Shown here: positions 1-9,609 of the stretch, piece by piece | Layout of the letters: every line of letters starts with the position of its first letter | How positions within the stretch are numbered: the stretch's first letter is position 1 | Source of the DNA: an uncultured Bacillota bacterium | Lineage (GTDB): Bacteria; Bacillota_I; Bacilli_A; RF39; UBA660 | DNA: 64,000 nucleotides | Direction: 5' to 3' | Assembly (NCBI GenBank): GCA_946611635.1 | Contig: CAMODW010000003.1 | Span: forward strand, 2,364 to 66,363 | Notes under the pieces: model-generated | Told to the model about the DNA's origin: nothing | What the model saw: the letters and a program-made list of their open reading frames with translations, nothing else | The model's database searches: none | Made by a program: the position numbers and the translations under genes

Positions 1-521
1 TCTGTGTCTTCATCAGTTAATTGTAGATTTAAACTTTGATCGAATCTAAGTGTTTTTATATTAAATCCAACTGAATTAAATAATGTTATAACTATTAAAA
101 AGTATCCAATGAAAGGGATGAATCCCATTATGTCTTTATAAATTCCGACGGTTGTCGTACTTATAGTTCCGATTTCTATTGATGTAAATGCATTATAAAG
201 TAATAAAGATAATACGAATAATATAAAATAGTAAATTATGCTAAAAGTATATAACTTTGTTGATTTGTTTTTCTTTTTCATTAAACTATACAACATAATG
301 TTGAATAGTATTAAGAAAACTAAGGAAATTAGTAACCATAATGTTATATATTTGCCTGGAATACCCGTTTCGAAGGTTGAATATTTATTATTTACATATT
401 TTCTTAAAAAATTTGATATATCACTAAAACATAATGTTACATAAAATGTAGGTATTAATAAAAGTAAGTTTATTAATTTAAAGTGCTTTATTATAAAGCC
501 ATAGGGCTTTTTTAATATCAA
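1..521 (-). CDS. Partial CDS (3' end outside window): multi-pass membrane protein, function unknown
   Basis: Not in the ORF track because it runs off the window edge. Hand translation of the minus strand from TTG at 521-519 (AGGAGG 6 nt upstream) is open to position 1 and gives several hydrophobic segments (LILKKPYGFIIKHFKLINLLLLIPTFY...). Confidence 0.5.
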   Translation of the reverse strand, partial: MILKKPYGFIIKHFKLINLLLLIPTFYVTLCFSDISNFLRKYVNNKYSTFETGIPGKYITLWLLISLVFLILFNIMLYSLMKKKNKSTKLYTFSIIYYFILFVLSLLLYNAFTSIEIGTISTTTVGIYKDIMGFIPFIGYFLIVITLFNSVGFNIKTLRFDQSLNLQLTDEDT

Positions 522-608
522 TTTTATTCCTCCTATTCTGTATATATTATAGCATGTATTTTTATTATGTAATATTAATTAATGTAAAAAAGAGTAGTTT
601 AACTACTC

Positions 609-1055
609 TTATTTTGTTCGATTCATTGTACCATATTTCTTCTTTTCTTCTATCATAAAACTTGAGATTGCTGTTTCTACTTCCGGAAGAGCTCTTTTAT
701 CTAGATTTGTAATAGTTACTTCTTCTTTTATGGTATCTATAATTATTTTTCCCCATAATATACCTTGGTATACTTGTAAATCATTGAACATATCAGGTGT
801 GATTGAACTTAAGGAATACCCTAAGATTATGTGATCTTCGCCAATAAGGATTCTTTCATTTGTTAGACATACAACACATGTTGATAAGAAGTCCAACGCA
901 TTGTCGTTTTTTTGCCCTGCAAAGGAATAAATTGGTTCTTCAGTCGCATTTAAATGTTTTTCAATTATTGCTGCATGTTTTCTTAATCTAAACCAAGTAA
1001 CTGTGTGAGGGAATTTAGCTTTAAACATCATTACTTGATCATATACTTTTCCCAT
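609..1055 (-). CDS. Bacterial PH-domain (YokE-like) protein
   Basis: 148 aa ORF. The pattern CVVCLTNERILIGE...GKIIIDT resembles bacterial PH-domain proteins. Family assignment is from memory of the motif only. Confidence 0.5.
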   Translation of the reverse strand: MGKVYDQVMMFKAKFPHTVTWFRLRKHAAIIEKHLNATEEPIYSFAGQKNDNALDFLSTCVVCLTNERILIGEDHIILGYSLSSITPDMFNDLQVYQGILWGKIIIDTIKEEVTITNLDKRALPEVETAISSFMIEEKKKYGTMNRTK

Positions 1056-1066
1056 TTTTACACCTT

Positions 1067-1549
1067 CTATTCATAACTTTTTATTAGTTTGTTAATATTA
1101 TCTTTGTCTAGTGTTGTTTTAGAAATTATTTTTTTGTTATATATTTTTATTATTGTGTTCTCTTTTATATTCTTTAATTCTGGATTTAAATTATAGTATT
1201 TAGCTTTTTCTTTTTTTGTGTATTCACTTATATTTATTAGATATATATTTTCGTTGTTGTAAAAACATAATTTGTTAATGAATTCTTTAAAACTTTCCTG
1301 GGTGTTTGATTTATTATTTGTTATTGCTATAGTATATACTTTTTTTTCTTTAAATATTTTGTTTATTGTGTTAAATTTAGCCTTGTTATAGTAAGTTGTC
1401 TTTTTATTATATTTGTCTTTATATGTAACATTTTTATTAACAATAACTATTTCTTCTCTCTTTTGGCAATCAGATTGATTCTTTATTAGAAATAAATTAA
1501 AAATTGTTAATATGATACATATACAAATGATTATTATATAGTGTTTCAT
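1067..1549 (-). CDS. Hypothetical N-terminally membrane-anchored protein
   Basis: 160 aa ORF with an N-terminal hydrophobic segment. 11-nt gap to the downstream minus-strand ORF. Confidence 0.55.
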   Translation of the reverse strand: MKHYIIIICICIILTIFNLFLIKNQSDCQKREEIVIVNKNVTYKDKYNKKTTYYNKAKFNTINKIFKEKKVYTIAITNNKSNTQESFKEFINKLCFYNNENIYLINISEYTKKEKAKYYNLNPELKNIKENTIIKIYNKKIISKTTLDKDNINKLIKSYE

Positions 1550-1621
1550 AGTATCGTTCCTTTGTATATTTATATTTTATAATGATTTTATTATTTATTC
1601 AACAAATAAAAAAGGAAACAT

Positions 1622-2902
1622 TTAGTTTCCAAATAATAGTAATATTGATGCTATTCCAGCTCCTATACCACATATAAGTGCTACAACGGATGTAATAATA
1701 ATTGTACTAGTAAATCCAACGTCTTTATTTTTTTCTTCTTCTACTATGAGTTTTACTTTTTCATCTTTTTCTTTTGTGTTTTGGCTTTCTAGTAATTCTG
1801 GATGATCTTTTAGGTTTACTGGATACTTTTTTTGAATTAAATCTAGCTTGTTTGTTATCTTGACGTTAATTGATTGTGTAGCCATTGTTCTTTCTACTTT
1901 GTTTATTTTTTTCTCTTTGTATTCTTTATTTTCTTTTTCTTTTTGTATTTTTGCAATTTCTTCAAAATTATCTGCTACTATTTTTTCTAATTCTTTAGCT
2001 TTAATTAAGTTAGTATTATTATAGATTATTCTACTAATAGCATCTTTGTATAGTTTTAATGCATCGCTAAATGTTTCTGTTAATTTTTTTATGTCTTTAT
2101 AATAGTATTCATATAGTGTTGGTAATATTTTCTCTTTTTTAACATATTTATTATTAATCATATATATATTATCAGGCACACTATTTTCTTTGTTTATATT
2201 AATGGATACAGATATTGGAGCAAAATAGCTATTTTCCCAAGTTTGATTGTTATTGTTATCTATTTTGGTAATAATAGAATAATCATAGTTTCTGTATTTT
2301 CTATTTATAATGTAATCAAACAGAATCATTCTAATATAATTTTTACGAATACTTTTTTTTGTTTCATTTTCTAGTGGGATTTTTCTTTCGATTTCTAGCT
2401 TGTCAAAAATAGAATTTAAGCCTAGGTCTATAACTTTTTTAATATCTTCATTATTATCTAGAGGAGTATCCTTGGTTGCTTTAGTCATTTGTAATACTTC
2501 ATTATATCCTATAGCTTTTTTTTCATCTAATAATCCGGCATTAATATTATTAATTACACTTTGTAAAATATTAGTTATGGATATTCTTGATTCTAAGTTT
2601 TGACTATAGTTAAGTTCTGTAAATATTCCAATATTTTTATCTTCTGTTACTATTCTACGATTATTTTCGTGTCTTATATCTAATAATTCAGCTATGTCTG
2701 ATTTTATAATATCATAATCATCTAAATAAGAAGTGTTTGGATCACCACTATTATTTTTGTATATTCCAAATACGGTTTCGTTTAATTGAACCAATTGACT
2801 TCCATCTTGAAAATTATTAAAAGTCTTCATGGTAATTGGTTCTTCGTTGTGAATACCATTATCTAAAGAAACAATAAACATTTGATTATTATTCATGTCC
2901 AT
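1622..2902 (-). CDS. Hypothetical tail-anchored protein (C-terminal TM helix)
   Basis: 426 aa ORF. C-terminus TSTIIITSVVALICGIGAGIASILLLFGN is a clear TM segment. No recognisable catalytic motif. Confidence 0.6.
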   Translation of the reverse strand: MDMNNNQMFIVSLDNGIHNEEPITMKTFNNFQDGSQLVQLNETVFGIYKNNSGDPNTSYLDDYDIIKSDIAELLDIRHENNRRIVTEDKNIGIFTELNYSQNLESRISITNILQSVINNINAGLLDEKKAIGYNEVLQMTKATKDTPLDNNEDIKKVIDLGLNSIFDKLEIERKIPLENETKKSIRKNYIRMILFDYIINRKYRNYDYSIITKIDNNNNQTWENSYFAPISVSININKENSVPDNIYMINNKYVKKEKILPTLYEYYYKDIKKLTETFSDALKLYKDAISRIIYNNTNLIKAKELEKIVADNFEEIAKIQKEKENKEYKEKKINKVERTMATQSINVKITNKLDLIQKKYPVNLKDHPELLESQNTKEKDEKVKLIVEEEKNKDVGFTSTIIITSVVALICGIGAGIASILLLFGN

Positions 2903-2966
2903 AGTTTCATTCTCCTTACCTTGTATTGATTATATCAAATAAATGGACTTTTTTAAACAATAAAAT

Positions 2967-2990
2967 AAAAAAAAGACCTATAAGGTCCTA
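2967..2990 (-). terminator. Intrinsic terminator downstream of the two minus-strand tRNA-type genes
   Basis: On the minus strand: GACCT-TAT-AGGTC followed by T8. The stem is short (5 bp). Confidence 0.45.
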
Positions 2991-3000
2991 TTATTTACAT

Positions 3001-3076
3001 TGGTGCCGAGAGACTGAGTTTAACAAGCCAATTTATGCAAACAATGCATACGTTTTAACGTTACAACTATCTCGGC
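3001..3076 (-). ncRNA. Degenerate tRNA-like gene (Thr-type acceptor stem, encoded CCA, UGU in anticodon position)
   Basis: Reverse complement is GCCGAGA...TCTCGGC-A-CCA, a perfect 7-bp acceptor stem. The anticodon-position hairpin is TATGC-ATTGTTT-GCATA. The D-loop lacks GG. The T-arm is GCTTG/CAGTC with loop TTAAACT instead of TTCRANY. Confidence 0.4.
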
Positions 3077-3118
3077 ATAACTAAGTTCATTATAGCATGT
3101 TTTAATAAAAAAAACAAG

Positions 3119-3193
3119 TGGTGCCGACTGCCGGATTTGAACCAGCGACCTACGCGTTACGAGGGCGTTGCACTACCACTGTGCTAAGTCGGC
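3119..3193 (-). tRNA. tRNA-Thr (anticodon CGU)
   Basis: Reverse complement folds as a cloverleaf: GCCGACT acceptor, GCAC/GTGC D-stem with AGTGGTA loop, anticodon loop CTCGTAA, T-arm GCTGG-TTCAAAT-CCGGC, encoded CCA. There is one C-C mismatch at the base of the anticodon stem. Confidence 0.85.
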
Positions 3194-3314
3194 ATATATG
3201 AATTATACTATAAAAGTATTATTTTTTCATTATAATAATTAATAATTTATCTTTGAATAATGGTTTATATGGTATAATAAATTTGTTCAATTGTTTTTAA
3301 AAGGGAGATTTGTT

Positions 3315-3704
3315 ATGTTTAATGAAGATATTGAGATAGCTAAGAAAGCAAGATTAAATGCCCATTCACCATATGGTAAATATTTCGTTGGGGCATGTTT
3401 AAGATGCAAAGATGGTAGTGTTTATATGGGATGCAATATTGAAAATCATGGAATTCAATCTATATGTGCGGAAAGAACAGCTTTTGTTAAAGCTATATCA
3501 GAAGGTAAGAAAGAGTTTGAATCGATAGCGGTAGTTGGTGCACCTATGGGAGAAGAACCAAGTACAAAATGTCTACCTTGTGGATATTGTAGACAATTTA
3601 TGAGTGAGTTTATTGATGAGGATTTTAAGTTTATTCTTGAAGATAATGGAGAGATTGTTACTTATTCACTAGATGATTTATTACCTAATAGATTTGATTT
3701 TTAG
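3315..3704 (+). CDS. cdd: Cytidine deaminase
   Basis: CAERTA and CLPCGYCRQFM zinc-binding motifs. Size is about 130 aa. The ATG at 3315 is preceded by AAGGGAG. Confidence 0.85.
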   Translation: MFNEDIEIAKKARLNAHSPYGKYFVGACLRCKDGSVYMGCNIENHGIQSICAERTAFVKAISEGKKEFESIAVVGAPMGEEPSTKCLPCGYCRQFMSEFIDEDFKFILEDNGEIVTYSLDDLLPNRFDF

Positions 3705-3751
3705 ATAATTAATCATTTTTTGTGATACTTTGTTTTAAAAATATTAATATT

Positions 3752-3782
3752 AAAACTCGAAATGGTATTTCGAGTTTTTTTT
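3752..3782. terminator. Hairpin terminator shared by cdd (+) and ssrA (-)
   Basis: ACTCGAAAT-GGT-ATTTCGAGT followed by T8 on the + strand. Only A4 (T4 on the minus strand) on the other side. Confidence 0.7.
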
Positions 3783-3787
3783 CAATT

Positions 3788-4155
3788 TGGTGGAGTAGAG
3801 GAGAGTCGAACTCCTGTCCATAGTATCCTACTATACAAAATCTACAAGTTTAGTTAGATTTATTATTTCATTAAAGCGACGGCTATAACGTACCAACATC
3901 TTTAACTAGTCTAAATATTATTCGTTAGTATATCTTAGACTACATACTAGTATAATCTGTAAATATTAACCCTTATTTTATCCTACAGATAAAAATAAAT
4001 AAGAGTGCTCCGAACCTATTCTATTAGGCAAATGCTAAAGCATTTGGAGCGAAACCATAATTAGTTTCGTCATTTAATTTTAATTTTGAATTTTAGGTAT
4101 TCCTACCACTTGCATTCATACTTAGGAGTACTATGTCGAAACCATTTACTACCCC
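3788..4155 (-). ncRNA. ssrA: tmRNA (SsrA); predicted tag (A)DETNYGFAPNALAFA
   Basis: Minus-strand 5' end is GGGGTAGTAAATGGTTTCGACATAG. The 3' end is AGGAG-TTCGACT-CTCCT-CTACTCC-ACCA. The acceptor stem has the G3-U wobble used by AlaRS. The internal frame GAC GAA ACT ... GCA TTT GCC TAA TAG lies at 4071..4021. Confidence 0.9.
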
Positions 4156-4380
4156 AGGTGTAGAGATTATATCATTTAATAGTATTAAAAGTCAATTTTT
4201 TGCTTATTACTTGCTAATGGTTGTTTTTGACGATATGATTACAAAGTGTTATAATTTATCAGGTTTGTGGGTATTACACGTATTTATAATAACTATAAAA
4301 CACTTAAAGTTGACTTTTTAAAACGTGTGTGTTAGAGTATGCCTCAAATGAGAAAGTTTAGCTGCTAAAGGGGGTATAAT

Positions 4381-6072
4381 ATGATGAATGGTGGAAAGAA
4401 AAATAGATTAACTTTTTCGGTAGCTGCAATAGCTACTATACTTGCGTTTGGGACTTTATTTGGTCCTAGAGATGTACAAGCTAAAGAGATGAAAGGGACA
4501 ACTGTGCAAGATGCTCCATCGGGAGATGAAGAAACTGATACATTTGTTGAAGAATATTACAAAAAGATTCAGGAAGAACTGTCAGAATCCTTGGGGGATA
4601 GAGTACCTGTTCAGCATACTGAAGAAGTAACTGAAGAGAGTGAATCTACTGAAGAAGTAAATGATGAGAGTAAAAGTACTGAAGAGGATAATGCAGTTGA
4701 AGAAACTGATTCAAAAGAAACTACTGATGTAGAAGAAACGGTTCCTGCTACAAAAGAAACTATTGCTGCAGAGGAAACTGCTGCCGCAAGAGACATCGCT
4801 GCTACAAAAGAAGATTCTAATTCGGAAGGTAAAAAGTATTATAAATATTACTTCGTTGATGGCTTAGAATTCTTTGAAGTTACTGATAAAAAGGATTATA
4901 GCATACCAGAAGGAAAAGTAACTATTTGGAAATATGAGAATGGACAATGTATTTCTGAAGAAGTAGATTTTTCTACGGCTGAAAATGTACATATTGAATA
5001 TTTGTTATATTTAGAAGACGTAGATGCTAGTATTGTAGATGAAAACTATACTGGAATTGCTCCTTTAGACTATTATGGACCTGGACGAGAAGTTAAGAAT
5101 TACGGAGATGCTTCTAATGACGACGAAGTAAGAGAAAGAGCTACAATGGTTTGGAATGCTTTTCATAAAGCAAATGAAGAAGTTGGCGGCTTAATGATGT
5201 TTGATGTAGATACAGGAAAAGAATATACTGTTGAAAAAATAATGGATATCATTAAATATATGAATGGTGCTTATGTAGCTAAGGATGGCGCAGAGGCAAA
5301 AAAGATTAACGATGACTGGATTAATTTTATGGTAATGTTCTTAAATGATGGTAATTTAATAGAACATGTTACCTATCATTCTTATAGCGATGTTGTAACT
5401 GAAGATGATGTTAAAAAACATACTAATACTTTAGAAATGATTGATTTAGGGCATCTATTAATGGGAGATAGCGGTAATGGACCTTTCATAGAGTGGCTAG
5501 GTGATCAAATTAAAGCAATGTATACAACTACCGATAGAGATGAAGCTATTAGAATATATAATGAAATATCTCTAGCATTAACTGCTGTTTTTGAAGGTAA
5601 TGGATATGTTATTAATGGTGTTAATTATACTATTGAAGGTTTTAGCGATGTTAATGACTTAGTACTTATTACGGAGGTTGAAATTGGTCAAGTTCTAAGA
5701 AACGCTTGGATGTTAGATGGATATGTTTTAAATAAAGATAACGTTGGAATTGACATTATATTCTTTACTAATATATTAAATCAATTTAATCCTATGTGTT
5801 CAGATGAGCTGGCAGAGGAATTAATAAAAAACGGTGTAGAGGAATATGAGGGTGTTGTAGTTGATAGTAATGGTGAATACCTAGATATTAGGAACTATGC
5901 ATCAGTTATGCAAATGAAAGCGTTTAATATGGCTTTATCAAATGGTGAATATGGTATTAAATATTATCAAGATAATTATTTAGATTATTATGATGCCTAT
6001 ATTAAAGCATTAAATGGTGGTACTTATGAGGACGTATTAGAGTCTGAATATGTATATAAAAAGAAGAATTAG
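4381..6072 (+). CDS. Secreted protein with acidic low-complexity N-terminal region, function unknown
   Basis: 563 aa. Signal-peptide-like N-terminus (LTFSVAAIATILAFGTLFGPRDVQA), then an E/T/D-rich tract. 12-nt gap to the next ORF. Confidence 0.7.
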   Translation: MMNGGKKNRLTFSVAAIATILAFGTLFGPRDVQAKEMKGTTVQDAPSGDEETDTFVEEYYKKIQEELSESLGDRVPVQHTEEVTEESESTEEVNDESKSTEEDNAVEETDSKETTDVEETVPATKETIAAEETAAARDIAATKEDSNSEGKKYYKYYFVDGLEFFEVTDKKDYSIPEGKVTIWKYENGQCISEEVDFSTAENVHIEYLLYLEDVDASIVDENYTGIAPLDYYGPGREVKNYGDASNDDEVRERATMVWNAFHKANEEVGGLMMFDVDTGKEYTVEKIMDIIKYMNGAYVAKDGAEAKKINDDWINFMVMFLNDGNLIEHVTYHSYSDVVTEDDVKKHTNTLEMIDLGHLLMGDSGNGPFIEWLGDQIKAMYTTTDRDEAIRIYNEISLALTAVFEGNGYVINGVNYTIEGFSDVNDLVLITEVEIGQVLRNAWMLDGYVLNKDNVGIDIIFFTNILNQFNPMCSDELAEELIKNGVEEYEGVVVDSNGEYLDIRNYASVMQMKAFNMALSNGEYGIKYYQDNYLDYYDAYIKALNGGTYEDVLESEYVYKKKN

Positions 6073-6084
6073 GAGGTTTTGGAA

Positions 6085-9000
6085 ATGTACGATGAAAATG
6101 GAACTTACAGAATAGGTATTAACTGGAAGGATATAATTGTAAAGATTATATTAGTTATCTTATTTATTGTATTGCTTTTATGGTTATTTCCTAGAAATGA
6201 TCTAGGCGTATTCTATGATAGTGTTTATACAAATAATATAAATACTATGAGAGATGCTGCTGAGAGATATTATACAGGAAATAGATTGCCAGCTACTGTT
6301 GGTGAATCTAAAGTTATGACTTTAAAAGAAATGATCGATAATAAGATGATCATTAGATTCACAGATAAAGATAAAAATTACTGTGATGAGAATGCTAGTA
6401 GTATTCAAGTAACAAAAAATGCTACAGACGATTATGTATTAAAAGTGCATTTGGTTTGTGGTAAAGATGATGATTACATACTTGAAACTTTATCAGGTAA
6501 TGGATCAAATAATGGTTCTAATAATGGATCTGAATCATCTAATGTAAAAGAAAGTGCAGATAAAACAGAAAATTCAAGTAGTCAAGATGATAAAGAATCT
6601 GGTACATCTACTGGAAGTGTTGCTGCTAATAGTAGTGATGATGTAGAAGTTGATTATAGTGGATGTACAAATGTAAAAGATGCTGATACTGGAAATTGTG
6701 CGATATATAAAACAGCTGTTACAATGTATCAACATAGAAAAGCTGTTTATTATACAAAAACAGTTTATAGTTGCCCTGCTGGATATATTCAAAATGGTAC
6801 TAAATGTATAAAAGTAATAAAAGGTGCAACTATAGATGCAACACCAACTTATTCAAGTGGTGAAACTATAACTACCGATGCTTTAATAAATGGTGGTGGT
6901 CAAGTTACAGAATATGCTGATCCTATTAAAGTAGCAATTGGAACAGATTATGTTTGTGACGAAGGTTATACTAAGAATGGTACATTCTGTATTAAGTATA
7001 CAGATGCTAATGAAAAACCTGGTAAAAGTTCATATAAATGTGACGAAGGTTATAACTTAGAGGAAGATGGAGTTACTTGTAAAAAGACTTATACTGCTAC
7101 TTATGATGAAGGTGCAAGTAAATATACTTGTCCAAATGATGGAGATTTAAGTGGAACAAATTGTGTTGTAACAAAAAATGCAACAGCTACTCCTTCTTAT
7201 ACATGTCCAAGTGGATATACACAAAATGGTTCAAGTTGTTATAAAGTTTATAGTGCTACAGCAAAAACAACTTATACTTGTCCTAAAGGCGGAACTTTAA
7301 ATGGAACAAAATGTGTGGTTGGTGGTTCTGATACTATAGACGCAACAGCAAAAACAACATATAGTTGTTCAAGTGGATCGTTAAGTGGTAAGAATTGTAC
7401 TACAAATAGTACAATAAATGCAACAGCTTCTACAAAAAAGGCTTGCTCAAGTGGATCTTTGGTAGGAAATGATTGTGTTTCAACAACTACAATAAATGCA
7501 ACATCTGGAATAAAATATAGCTGTTCAAGTGGAACATTAAGCGGTAAGAGTTGTATTAATACAACTACAATAAATGCGACAAGTAGTCAAAAATATGCAT
7601 GTTCAAGTGGAACATTAAGTGGCAGAAATTGTATTACAAGTAGTACAATAAATGCAACAGCAAAAACAACATATAGTTGTTCAAGTGGAACGTTGAGTGG
7701 AACTAGTTGTATAAAATATTCAACTACAGGAGCTTCTTCTCATACAGAATATTCTTCTTGGCATCATAGTGGAACTTATTACTACACATCAGCTTCTAAA
7801 GCTTATACTGGAGATACATCAAAATTAGTATATAGTGGAGCTGTATCAGGAGCTTCTTGTGGATCTCCTTGTGGAAATTCAGGAATATGGTATAAATATT
7901 CATATTATACAAGAAGTAAGAGTACTGAAAAAACTTGTCCAAGTGGATATTCAAGAGATGGTTCAACTTGTACAAAGAAAACAACAACATCTGCTACTAA
8001 AAAGACAACATATAGTTGTCCAAGTGGATATAAACAAAATGGAACAAAATGTACAAAACAAAACACAACTGCAGCAACTTTAAAAACAGTTTATAGTTGT
8101 CCAAGTGGATATACATTAAATGGAACAAAATGTTCTAAAAAGACTACAACTGCAGCAACAGGTAAAACTGTTTATAGTTGTCCAAGTGGATATACATTAA
8201 ATGGAACAAAATGTTCTAAATCAACTAAAACAACACCAACATCAAAGACAGCTTATACATGTCCAAGTGGATATAAACAAAACGGAACAAAATGTACAAA
8301 ATCAGGATCAACTCCTGCAACAGCAAAAACAACTTATACATGTCCAAGTGGATATACATTAAATGGAACAAAATGTACAAAAGGTACAACTACATCATAT
8401 GATGCAACTGCAAAAGTAGAATATAGTTGTTCAGAGGGAGTTCTTGAAGGAAAAGAATGTAAAGTAACTACTAAAGCTACAGAAAAAACATCATATAGTT
8501 GTCCTGCAGGATACTCACAAAATGGAACAAAATGTACATGGACTTATGTGGCTACAAAAGAAGAAGGTCAAGGTGCTTATACATGTCCAAATGGTGGAGT
8601 TTTATCTGATAAAACTTGTATAATTACTAAGCCAGCTGAAGAAGTAACTGGTGAGAAAACTTATGAATGCCCAGAAGGATCATCATTAGAAGATGGTAAA
8701 TGTGTATACAAGGTTCAAGCTACTGCTAAAGTGGCATATGGTTATACTTGTCCAGATGGATATACTAAGAGTGGTGAAGGTGAATCAACGGTATGTTCTA
8801 AACTTGTTAATAAAGAAGGAATATACTATTGTGAAGATGCTTCAGCAATCTTAAGTGGAGATAAATGTTTAAAAAATGTTGATGGTCAAATTACTGGTTA
8901 TACTTGTCCAGATGGATATGATTTAAATGGAAAACTTTGTACAAAAGATACTACAGAAGTAATTGATGCAATTGCTTCAACTAAAACAACAACTTCTTAC

Positions 9001-9096
9001 AAGTATATGTGGAGTGAAAAATCTTATGTAGAATGTTGGGAGTTTACTGGTAGAACTAAGACTATAACAAAGAATTATACTGCTGGTCAAAGATAG
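6085..9096 (+). CDS. Membrane-anchored surface protein with ~25 tandem Cys-pair modules (Y-x-C-P-x-G-Y-x-x-N-G-x-x-C)
   Basis: ATG at 6085 lies 8 nt after AGGAGG. One N-terminal TM helix. Modules repeat every ~25-27 aa. Confidence 0.75.
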   Translation: MYDENGTYRIGINWKDIIVKIILVILFIVLLLWLFPRNDLGVFYDSVYTNNINTMRDAAERYYTGNRLPATVGESKVMTLKEMIDNKMIIRFTDKDKNYCDENASSIQVTKNATDDYVLKVHLVCGKDDDYILETLSGNGSNNGSNNGSESSNVKESADKTENSSSQDDKESGTSTGSVAANSSDDVEVDYSGCTNVKDADTGNCAIYKTAVTMYQHRKAVYYTKTVYSCPAGYIQNGTKCIKVIKGATIDATPTYSSGETITTDALINGGGQVTEYADPIKVAIGTDYVCDEGYTKNGTFCIKYTDANEKPGKSSYKCDEGYNLEEDGVTCKKTYTATYDEGASKYTCPNDGDLSGTNCVVTKNATATPSYTCPSGYTQNGSSCYKVYSATAKTTYTCPKGGTLNGTKCVVGGSDTIDATAKTTYSCSSGSLSGKNCTTNSTINATASTKKACSSGSLVGNDCVSTTTINATSGIKYSCSSGTLSGKSCINTTTINATSSQKYACSSGTLSGRNCITSSTINATAKTTYSCSSGTLSGTSCIKYSTTGASSHTEYSSWHHSGTYYYTSASKAYTGDTSKLVYSGAVSGASCGSPCGNSGIWYKYSYYTRSKSTEKTCPSGYSRDGSTCTKKTTTSATKKTTYSCPSGYKQNGTKCTKQNTTAATLKTVYSCPSGYTLNGTKCSKKTTTAATGKTVYSCPSGYTLNGTKCSKSTKTTPTSKTAYTCPSGYKQNGTKCTKSGSTPATAKTTYTCPSGYTLNGTKCTKGTTTSYDATAKVEYSCSEGVLEGKECKVTTKATEKTSYSCPAGYSQNGTKCTWTYVATKEEGQGAYTCPNGGVLSDKTCIITKPAEEVTGEKTYECPEGSSLEDGKCVYKVQATAKVAYGYTCPDGYTKSGEGESTVCSKLVNKEGIYYCEDASAILSGDKCLKNVDGQITGYTCPDGYDLNGKLCTKDTTEVIDAIASTKTTTSYKYMWSEKSYVECWEFTGRTKTITKNYTAGQR
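7190..8960 (+). repeat. Intragenic tandem repeat array encoding the Cys-pair modules (boundaries approximate)
   Basis: DNA-level repetition, for example an identical 51-nt segment at 8089-8139 and 8170-8220 (81-nt period). Confidence 0.8.
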
Positions 9097-9101
9097 TAAA
9101 A

Positions 9102-9130
9102 AAGGATTAAATAAAATAATCCTTTTTTTT
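9102..9130 (+). terminator. Intrinsic terminator
   Basis: AAGGATTA-loop-TAATCCTT followed by a T-run. Confidence 0.75.
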
Positions 9131-9241
9131 GCATTATTATATAAACTATATGTGTTTTAAAATATTAAGTTTATTACTATAATATATTAATGATTTTGGT
9201 ATTATATTATTAATGAAATTTATTGTTAAGTGGGTGTAATA

Positions 9242-9574
9242 ATGAATAATATAAAAGTTCTTAGGGAAAAAAGAAATATTACGCAAATAAGATTAAGTAC
9301 TGGTATAGATGTTTCTCAAGAAACAATTAGCGCTTATGAATCAGGAAGAGCAAATCCTAGCGCAGATACTTTAATAAGAATAGCTGATTTTCTTAATACT
9401 TCTACAGATTATTTGCTTGGAAGAATAGAAAATGATATGTCTATAAAGCAAATAATCAATGAAAAAGTTGATGAGGATATAGATAGGTTATTGGGTAATT
9501 ATTCTTTACTAAGTAATAGCCAGAAAAAGGATTTATTATGGTATAGTGAAGTTTTAAAGGATAAAGACATATAA
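9242..9574 (+). CDS. XRE-family helix-turn-helix transcriptional regulator
   Basis: LREKRNITQIRLSTGIDVSQETISAYESGRANPSADTLIRIADFLNTSTDYLLG is a typical Cro/C1 HTH. Confidence 0.8.
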   Translation: MNNIKVLREKRNITQIRLSTGIDVSQETISAYESGRANPSADTLIRIADFLNTSTDYLLGRIENDMSIKQIINEKVDEDIDRLLGNYSLLSNSQKKDLLWYSEVLKDKDI

Positions 9575-9577
9575 AAA

Positions 9578-9598
9578 AGTAGGTTATAAAAACCTACT
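9578..9598. terminator. Bidirectional hairpin between convergent genes
   Basis: AGTAGGTT-ATAAA-AACCTACT, flanked by an A-run and a T-run. Confidence 0.6.
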
Positions 9599-9609
9599 TT
9601 AAAATTGCC

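Noticed and set aside
238-444. 68-aa + strand ORF at the window start
   Set aside because: It is antisense to a longer minus-strand membrane-protein reading frame (1-521) that has a proper SD. It is a typical AT-rich shadow ORF.
4133-4321. 62-aa + strand ORF from the track
   Set aside because: It overlaps the 5' end and promoter region of the minus-strand tmRNA gene. It has no SD and its composition is implausible for a protein.
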